A DNA stretch of 64,000 bases from Eledone cirrhosa (taxonomy: Eukaryota), in NCBI GenBank assembly GCA_964016885.1, contig OZ024740.1:410130001-410194000 (forward strand), given 5' to 3'. The translations under genes and the position numbers were made by a program. Positions 54,337-64,000 of this stretch are shown here, piece after piece. Within the stretch, counting starts at the first letter, position 1. The number at the start of each line of letters is the position of its first letter. The notes under the pieces are model-generated. The model was not told where the DNA came from. It did not search any database and was given only the letters and a program-made list of their open reading frames with translations.

Positions 54337-54668
54337 GAGAAGTGTGTGGGAAGAGAGTTCAAAGGGTGTGTAGGGGAGTGGTGGAGAGACATATAGCGAA
54401 AAGGGGGTGGGAGGAAACGGTGCGAATGAAATTAAAATTAAAAATAAAAATAAAGCATGATCAAAATAAAATGAAATGAAATAAAAATAAATATAAAAGC
54501 ATGATATATATATATTGTTGCTTGAGAGTGATTTCGTATTTAGAAAGGATGATGAGTCCCACTCTATATGTAAAGATAGGGTAATTTATATATTTAGATG
54601 TAGGATATTAGTAATACACTAAATATCTACCAGCTTCGTAGACATTATGGGCATGGATGAATGGACGG

Positions 54669-54713
<45 letters not shown>

Positions 54714-54979
54714 TAAATAGAGTTATAAACTCAAAATAGTCTTTTACAATTAAGTAGCTCAAAGAAGGGAATCTTTCCGAGCCGTGTAATATAATTGAAT
54801 ATATGAGAGGGATGAACACCGATACAAGTATACATGTGTTCCAATTGCAAAGGACCAAGTTAGCTAGGTTGAAAAAATACTAATTTAAAACAATATGGTT
54901 TGCCTGACTCGATTTAAATTAATAAATGAATAAAAATAACAAACCTATATCGGGCAATAGCCTTTGAAGCCCGGACAGA

Positions 54980-55020
<41 letters not shown>

Positions 55021-55149
55021 AAAGTTATATTTAAAATTGTTGGGTTACAACTAGTAAATATTTATAACTGGTATAAAAGCACTCGACAAATATTTGGAGT
55101 ATATTTACAATATTAAATAAATGGAAAACTATATTTATAAACCATATTT

Positions 55150-55213
55150 ATTTCATTATATATATTTCGGGGATATCATATTAACAATATGCTATGCCTT
55201 CATCAGACAAAAT
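55150..55213 (-). ncRNA. Type I hammerhead ribozyme
   Basis: Mirror image of 55375-55438. Confidence 0.75.
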
Positions 55214-55374
55214 ACAATATAAACAGTTTTATAGACAAATAGGTTCGACATACCGTTATAACACCGACTTCATTTGAAGAGGTTTACTCTAGCTGTCAGA
55301 GTAAACCTCTTCAAATGAAGTCGGTGTTATAACGGTATGTCGAACCTATTTGTCTATAAAACTGTTTATATTGT

Positions 55375-55438
55375 ATTTTGTCTGATGAAGGCATAGCATA
55401 TTGTTAATATGATATCCCCGAAATATATATAATGAAAT
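55375..55438 (+). ncRNA. Type I hammerhead ribozyme
   Basis: attttgt-CTGATGA-agg..ccc-GAAA-tatata-TA-atgaaat. Confidence 0.75.
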
Positions 55439-55515
55439 AAATATGGTTTTATAAATATAGTTTTCCATTTATTTAATATTGTATATATATATATATATAT
55501 ATATACATATATATA

Positions 55516-55709
<194 letters not shown>

Positions 55710-58362
55710 CAGGTGTGTGTGTTCAGAGCAAAAATGCTGTTTAAAATGAACTTTAACTAAAATATATTAAAAGAGGAAATTTAAAGACATTACGACCATT
55801 GTAGATTAACCAAAAAACATTATTTAGAATTTTGGTATCATACATAGATATGTCTATACATATAATTGAGACTGTAGTGTATTGCAAGTAAGAGTTGAGC
55901 AAATAAGAAAATGAATTGCTATTATAGAAATATCCTTTTTAATATTTGTTCATATTTACAAAAAATCATACAAATATTTAGAATTAACCATATACAGAGT
56001 GATTGAAAGAGAAAGAGAGAAAGAAAGAAAGAGAAGGCGAATATGAGAAGAGAGAGGATATATTTGTTGATATGTATAAGTAATAAATCTTATTTTAATA
56101 CGAAGGAAATTATCTCTTGAGTATCAAAAAATATTTTCAAAGTAAACAATATTGTCATGTGATAGCAAATGCTTGAAACTTAGATTATGAGTTTTGGATG
56201 GTAAGAGATAGAATATAATGATTTCTTTTATAATGACAACAGCAACAACAATAAAAGAGAGGTTTGAGAATATAATGTTTGAGTTAAACTGAAGAAATGG
56301 ATAAAACTATCTGAGAAAATCGATTAAGACAATGGATTATAAAGTGTGAACACTGCAATACACCTGAGAGTTACCGAATACAATTTAGAGATTGGATAGT
56401 AAATTATCACTAAAGAATCAAAGAAAATGAACTTCTAAGGAGCTTTGAATCGATATTTGGCATAACATTTTCATCATCTTTATCAATCTCAGATTAAACA
56501 GCTAAAAAAAGACGAAACAATACAAATTCTACCATTGTGTTTGATAGAAAGTCAATAATCTACAATGAGCATACTACTATAATAAATACTTGCTACACCT
56601 AGGGGAAAATTTATTTTCGCTTCACTATTTCTGTCTAAGACAGGACCGACAGCGTTGCAAAATAAATGAAAACTTTCGTGAGATCAGAATTGAAAGAAGA
56701 ATAATTGCTATTAACGACTTAGAGATCAGATTTATTGCATTTGAAAAACACTTTGAGAGAAGTATTGCAGGAGAGTGTTGTAGAGAGCAGCTATATTGAC
56801 TACAGTCAGTTTTGTGTAGGTGGTAATTCCAAAACGAATAGAAGCGCTTAAGACAACATATATATTATCAGAAATCGTTTCAGTTTTGACTTATTGTTAA
56901 ATTCTCTCCTTGGGCTTTATCAGAGATAGTTTCGATTAAAAATGTACCTTCTATGCTTTTGAAGATAGTTTGTGAGCGTCGAGCTACATAACACAACCTA
57001 GACCTTCAAGATTTGCGTTAGATTATTTGTATTAGAGAGTAAAATTCTATTATTCCTTCAAGTCTAACAAATCGAATAAATATTGTTATTACAAAGAAAC
57101 AAAGATTTTATAAGGTAGATTACAGTAAATATAGCACCAATATACCTGATAACAATAGATTACACGAATAAAAGAATATTTTTATAATTTTATAAAGCAT
57201 TTAGTCGTAGCTCTTAAGCTTAGTTATGTTTTGTTTTCCTATATTTCTTTCCCTACATATGATTCCCACCTACAGATATACGGTAAACAATAACATGTGC
57301 ATGCTGTCTGACTAAGAAAGACGTAAATCGTAACATAACTTCAATGTATATTAGCACGCATTTCATAAAACGACTATTATTAACCAGTCGCTTGCCACCT
57401 CACAGAAATTTCAAAATCCTAAATCAAAGAATAGCACCGCCACACTGGTTTTGTGCTCTGTTTTGATCATTGCCTACTTGTATTAGTCTATAATTTTATG
57501 TTCTTTGATATGTTCATTTTACTATGATATATTTTATTGTATTTGGTGCCCACGGTTACATTAATTTTGTTGTGTTTCATACTTCACTCTATTGAGCTTT
57601 ATGCACACATACTTTAATCTATTATGGCGAATACACATATATACATATTCACACAGACACACAGAAAACGAAAGTAGAAAAACATCAGCCTAGATACACA
57701 TGACAAATAATACATATAATGTTATTCACTAAAGATAAAGAGATACAACTCATATCGACACAGTAGCGCTGAACATAAAACCACGCCACATCGACACGAA
57801 ACTTACGCAAACAATATATTCAATATATTTTATTACTATGTTGATATCAATTATCGTCATGGAAATATGTTCCCTTTTAAGTGCCATTATACTGAACATG
57901 ATGAATTAGTAATCCTAGTCCCTTAGAGGTTGAGTTGGTTATTGGCTTATTTATAAATCTGCAAGTTGTAGAACAGGTTAGAAGCAGTATAACAAACATT
58001 GTTATAGACATCTATAAAGTAGTGGTCAGTGTTTATTATTTCTGCTTTATTTTATATATTTTGCTGCACAAATACCATCATGTTCTCTTCTCCCTGTTTA
58101 TTAAACATGACCGAAATTACGTGCCTCACAAGTCAGTGGTTTCGACTTTAAATCGATATTTAGTATAGAAAATATAAATATATAATATATAAAAAATTTA
58201 ACGATATAATATATACAAAAACAAAATGCTAGAATTGAATTGTAAGTAACAAGAGAAGAAAAATGTTTTGTTTGCTAATTATTACACTGGATCACAATGA
58301 ACAGAAGTTGAATGTAAATACAACTGTCTAATCAACGGTTTACTTTATGTACTTTCTTTCAG

Positions 58363-58632
58363 ATTCATCATTCACGCATTTTATCAAAGTTTTTCATTCA
58401 ACTTTTCAACTATTCATTTGGAACTGGTTCTTTTCTTAACGTCAATTCCATTGATTTTCACCTTCCTCCCCAAATGAGCCAACCAGTAGAACTGGCAATA
58501 TCAAACAATGGCATTTTATCAACTGTTGATGTGTCAAGTAGTCATAATAATTTATACAATATTCCTACTAGGATAAATGAACTAGAACAAATAAATATTT
58601 TCTCTCGCGTATATATTAAGAAAGTAGACTAA
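58363..58632 (+). other. Possible terminal coding exon of an unknown host gene
   Basis: Polypyrimidine acceptor TACTTTCTTTCAG then 89 open codons to TAA in non-repetitive DNA; no recognised homology. Confidence 0.2.
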
Positions 58633-59219
58633 ACATTAACTTCGCTATTTGTACTTGGAAATTCCTTATTTGATATCTCGATAAAAACGTTTTATGAAAT
58701 ATTTTATTTTTCTTGAGCATTCAATTTTACGAAAGCAATAAATATAACAAAGTAAAATCTGTAAATGCTGTTGAGCTGATACGATATCTTGTTAACTTTA
58801 TACCTTTATTAGGTGTACTAGAAGAAAAACCACCCAAAGGGTGGTTTTCTGCTACCATGTGTAGTGTGCATATTGATATTATACGCAAGTATATATGCAT
58901 GTAGATATGATATATCAAATAAAATCGTAATTGACAATATACACAGAAATCGAACGAAACTACGTCTTATGTAATCAGTAACGTAATCCATGGTACATTA
59001 AAAAAAGACGATATTATATATAATCTGCATTAGGAGAAAATTAGTGACGGAAATATATGAATGTTTATTTAAGCGATCGTTAACCGGAAGTGTTGACATT
59101 TGAAAATTTTAAAGAACTGAATCTTAAAAAATAAGCAACAAAATTATTTATATTTAATCAAGAATAACGAAATTTAGTAGATAAATTATGTAATATTCAT
59201 TCATTATTTATTCAAAGTA

Positions 59220-59800
59220 ATCCAACTTATTTTACAAACGGGATAAAAAAATATATTCTGGACGCAGTCCTGCACTCCTTACTTTAGATTAATAGAATAA
59301 GTTACTCCATAAAATCGATCTTAATACTCTAATATTGCTATATTAGCCATTTGGTTTGTTACATTAGGTGGTAGGCTTAATATTTTACCCGGTCTAACAC
59401 AAATACCTGGCTCTTGGATGACTTTACCTATGTCTGTTCAATCAGACCTGCCAACCTCTAAAAACCAAAACGGGGAGTACCATGAAAAGAAGTGCCTCAA
59501 ACGGGGAGAAATGAGTCAAAATGTGGAGATTTTACATAATGAAAGCTATATCCATTTTCACAAGAGAAGACATCTCTCACCCACTCCAAAATGGGTGGGA
59601 GATCTCCCCGTCGGATGGGGAGAGTTGACAGGTCTGATTCAGTTGTAAGCGTTCAGGTCAGATTTCCGAATTGAGAATACTTTCTACTTTCCTCTTCACC
59701 AGAATTAGAAGCACAGAAAAAGGTCATAGATACTACCATTCTTCTTGGACTAAACAGTAATAAAAAAAATCATTACTTTACTGAATTTAGTCATTAGACT
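59220..59800 (-). mobile_element. Highly decayed LINE RT remnant (CR1/L2-like)
   Basis: Faint FGFR-like, D-x-x-AF-like and GV-Q-like remnants in the expected order. Confidence 0.3.
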
Positions 59801-60014
59801 GAGGTAGTCTGGCAGAACCACCTCCAAAGGTTTTGTCAAGCATATCGACCCCAGTAAGTATTGTATTGTAGTAATTTATTTATCAATAGCTAAATTATCC
59901 TTTGCTATAAATGGACACGATATGACACACTGGCTTTCACCAATAAACATAAATACACACACAGGTATACATACATTATCTATTTATCAATCTATTTTAA
60001 ATATCTGTCTGTCT

Positions 60015-60018
<4 letters not shown>

Positions 60019-60093
<75 letters not shown>

Positions 60094-60124
60094 TCTCTCT
60101 CTCTCCCTCTCTCTCTCTCTCCCC

Positions 60125-60160
<36 letters not shown>
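60019..60160. repeat. (CT)n-(TA)n microsatellite
   Basis: Direct reading. Confidence 0.95.
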
Positions 60161-60161
<1 letters not shown>

Positions 60162-60443
60162 AGTAGAAGGGGTCCGACAAATATAAATGTTTATAACTGA
60201 TTTAGAGCACTCAACAAGTTACTGGAGTAAATATTCAATGATATTAAATAAATGGAAACTATATTTATAAAACCATATTTATTTTATTATATATATTTCA
60301 AGGGCACCAAGACAACATTGGTACGCTTTTATCAGATAAAATACAAAGTTTGTTATATAAATAGAGACATACCCATGAAAATTATACCTTATCGGTTGGA
60401 AATTCACTGGATAGTGAATTACTATCCAGTGAATTTCCAACCG
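60161..60443 (-). mobile_element. Family B pLTR-like fragment with mutated HHR (60281-60342, CTGATAA) and terminal hairpin
   Basis: Homologous to 55050-55220 and 5903-6020; hairpin 60393-60443. Confidence 0.7.
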
Positions 60444-60542
60444 GCGCGGCACAGCTTCTAATCGGGCTCATTTGTTTACAAACGAATCGAACATTATTAT
60501 TAATTTTCGATATAACCCATACGTACGTATATATATATATAT

Positions 60543-60913
60543 ACGCTCTGGAGAGTGGGGTGTTGGTGGGGGACGACGTTTCGGGCATAAGCCCTTCCTC
60601 AGGTGGGAAGTGTGTGGGAACAGAGTTCAAAGGGTGTGTAGGGGAGTGGTGGAGAGACATATAGCGAAAGGAAACGGTGCGAATGAAAAAATAACAAGTA
60701 AAGATAAAAATAAAAATAAAAATAAAGCATGATCAAAATACAAGGAATGAGATAAATTTAAAAATAAAGGCATGATCAAAATAAACTGAAATTAAAAGGG
60801 GTGTAAACAGGTGGTGGAAGGGTGTGGGGTGTGTAGGTATGGTGGCGGGTGGAGTGGGGAGAGGGAGACGGGGTGTCCGAGCGGGGAGGGCTGAAGGTGG
60901 TGTGTGTGTGTAG

Positions 60914-60950
<37 letters not shown>

Positions 60951-62030
60951 TAAGGGTTGGGGGAAGAACGGGGTTGCATGTTCAGGAAGAGGTGTGTGTG
61001 TGTGTGGGGGGGGGGGGGGTCGGAGTGTCTGTGCGTGTGTGGATAGAGGGGTGGGGGGAGAGGAATCAGGAGGCTGAGGGTGTAAATATGTGGTGGAAAG
61101 CACGTGTGTGTGGGGTTTAAGCGTGTTGTGGGTGTAGGTGGCGTGTGGAGAAAAAAAAAATGTTTGGGGGGTGTGTGTGTGGGTGAGTTATATAGGTGAT
61201 TACGTAAGAGGATGGTTGAAAAGTTGGTAAATTCCGAAGATGTTTAGTGGATTGGTTGTGGTCAATTTCTGCGTGTGGGTATTCCATGAAGCGATGGTCG
61301 GAAGGGGAGAGATGTGGGGTGCGCGCGCAACAGGAAGTGGTCAGCAGTGGGAGTGCTGTGGTCTGTTTGTGCTGGGAGGTGGTCAGAGGGCATAGCAGCA
61401 GTCGGTGGAATGGTAAAGGGGCGAGGATGGGTAGGTGTGAAAGTTGGAGTGAGGAGGGTGTGTGTGTGTGTGTGTATTAGTAGGGGTGTTAGTGGGATGA
61501 GTGAGTGTGGAGCGAGGGTGTGGGTGGAGCGGGAAGAGAGGGGTGTGTGTGGTTCTATGGAGGGAGTGTGGTGTACTGGTGTGTGTGTAGTTTGATGATG
61601 AGGTGTTAGTGGGTGTTAGTATACGGGAGGTGGGGAGGGGTTGAATGCAGGTGTGAGTGGGGGTTAGTGGTGGTAGGGTGCGTAGAGTTGGCGGTGTACG
61701 AGAGTGTGTGGGTACGTGTGCGTGGGGTTGGGGGGGGTGTTAGTGATGTTAGTTGCGTCTGGGGTGGGTGGTGTAAGTGGGTGCGTGTGTTCGTGTGCTT
61801 GGGGTTAGGGGCTGTTAGTGAGGTTAGTTGCGGGGTGGTGGGATGGAGGTGTGGGGGTGAGAGGTGTGAGGGTGAGGGTTAGTGGTGGTAGTAGGGTGTG
61901 TGTTTAGTGTGAGCGCGTGTATATGTGTGCCGGTGGGTGTGTGCGTGTGATAAGGAGGGGGAGGAGGAGAAGAGGAGGAGGGAAGGGATGTTAGTATAAT
62001 AGTTGGGGAAGGGTGGTCAGATGAGGGGTG
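60543..62030 (-). mobile_element. Non-coding 3' part of a second Neptune-like copy
   Basis: Collinear with 49877-51332; minimal HHR at 60573-60604. Confidence 0.88.
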
Positions 62031-62242
62031 TATATATATATGAGGGGTGTATATATATATACACACGCAGATATGTATATATATGTGTGTACTTATGCGT
62101 ACTTACTTTTATTTATCAACTGTGCTAGAGCGAGAAATAAAATTCTTATTTCATATATATATATAATTACATAATAAACAACGCAATATGATTATTCCAT
62201 TACCAAAGGTTTCAGGAAACTAGACGATCTTAACAGAAACGT

Positions 62243-62308
<66 letters not shown>

Positions 62309-62421
62309 TCCTTGTTATTTTATTTCACTATATATATATATGCAGAGGTTATATTTAATTTGTTGGGATTCAACAAGCTTAAAAATAAGGTTTTATAAAT
62401 ATAGTTTCCATTTATTAATAT

Positions 62422-62459
<38 letters not shown>

Positions 62460-62474
62460 TAACCGTGTAATATT

Positions 62475-62538
<64 letters not shown>

Positions 62539-62971
62539 TAAATATTTATATTATATTTTTTAATTTTGATTAATTTTAATTGTATATTAATTTTGATTTA
62601 TTTTGAAAAATTGGTTGAATTTTACTTGTTCTGCTTATCTTGATATTAAGTTCTGGTATATCAAATTATTACCATAGAACCACCTTAAATCATAGACACA
62701 CTATATATTTCCGGGGGTACATTGTAGCCTCAGATATATATTAACCTTATTCAACATTCTCCAGTATGTAGAGAAAAATCTTGTCGTTCTATTTAGTTGC
62801 TAAAAATCTTTTTTAGTAGCGATCATAGACGGCTAGTCTACGATTTCCCGCCTTCACTATACACCAATGTATTTACGGGTCATTTTCACGACCTTTCAGA
62901 CCTGTATTAGTTGGAGTGAGGTCATATATTTTGTCGTTCCTGGGGTTTTTAACCCTAGGACAGGAAAATGC

Positions 62972-63049
62972 TTCTCTGATGATCGTTGCTTTTCCATTAA
63001 TATCCTCGTGATATCTAATGTTTTGCACCGTGAAACTGTACAGTTAGGG
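62972..63049 (+). ncRNA. Type I hammerhead ribozyme
   Basis: ttct-CTGATGA-tcgttgc..gcaccgt-GAAA-ctgtacag-TT-aggg. Confidence 0.72.
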
Positions 63050-63501
63050 CCATTTGAATAGGTAAATATTTATATTTATATTATATTTTTTAATTTTGAT
63101 TAATTTTAATTGTATATTAATTTTGATTTATTCTGAAAAATTGGTTGAATTTTACTTGTTCTGCTTATCTTGATATTAAGTTCTGGTATATCAAAATATT
63201 ACCATAGAACCACCTTAAATCATAGACACACTATATATTTCCGGGGGTACATTGTACCCTCAGATATATATTAACCTTATTCAACATTCTCCAGTATGTA
63301 GAGAAAAATCTTGTCGTTCTATTTAGTTGCTAAAAATCTTTTTTACTAGCGATCATAGACGGCTAGTCTACGATTTCCCGCCTTCACTATACCCCAATGT
63401 ATTTACGGGTCATTTTCACGACCTTTCAGACCTGTATTAGTTGGAGTGAGGTCATATATTTTGTCGTTCCTGGGGTTTTTAACCCTAGGACAGGAAAATG
63501 A

Positions 63502-63579
63502 TTCTCTGATGATCGTTGCTTTTCCATTAATATCCTCGTGATATCTAATGTTTTGCACCGTGAAACTGTACAGTTAGGG
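63502..63579 (+). ncRNA. Type I hammerhead ribozyme
   Basis: Identical motif 530 bp downstream. Confidence 0.72.
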
Positions 63580-63694
63580 CCATTTGAATAGGTAAATATT
63601 TATATTATATTTTTTAATTTTGATTAATTTTAATTGTATATTAATTTTGATTTATTTTGAAAAGTTGTTTGAATTTTACTTGTTCTGCTTATCT

Positions 63695-63801
<107 letters not shown>

Positions 63802-64000
63802 TATATGTATATTTATATATATATATAATAGAAATAGATACACACATACATACAAGCACAGACACACAACAAGAACACATATCCAATATACGTTAACGAA
63901 ATTGTTCTCTGTCTTGGGATTCTTGTGCATTTTCGCAATGAAGTCAAATGTTATTTCTCTGTCTCTTTGCCATTAAAACAACCTCTGCTGTTGTCGACAA

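Larger units (their letters stand above)
49817..54503 (-). mobile_element. Near full-length Neptune-like Penelope element with direct pLTRs
   Basis: pLTRs 49817-50115 and 54217-54503 in the same orientation; RT-EN between them; TA flanks. Confidence 0.9.
55018..55483. mobile_element. Family B pLTR-like fold-back (~185 bp arms) between (TA)n
   Basis: Arms 55106-55290 and 55298-55483, 7-nt spacer. Confidence 0.85.

Overview
AT-rich, repeat-saturated eukaryotic (metazoan) DNA. The SINE/RTE/Penelope content resembles an octopod cephalopod genome; this is an inference from recalled repeat families, not a database match. No host gene is confidently supported. The window is dominated by (TA)n microsatellites hosting Penelope-like retroelements (PLEs, RT + GIY-YIG) of at least four apparent lineages (Hydra-like, Naiad-like, Neptune-like, Poseidon/Nematis-like), plus RTE and R4/Dong-like LINE fragments, tRNA-derived SINEs, a Tc1/mariner MITE and minisatellites. 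Reading both strands by eye shows about 20 type I hammerhead ribozyme (HHR) motifs. Two unrelated non-coding ~530 bp HHR-bearing units occur as head-to-tail, circularly permuted multimers inside (TA)n tracts (44585-45877, 62535-63697), which is retrozyme-like. There are also many fold-back palindromes of pLTR-like sequence ending in (TA)n, and a tandem trimer of a ~600 bp bipartite non-autonomous RTE derivative. All alignments and folds were done by eye and boundaries are approximate.
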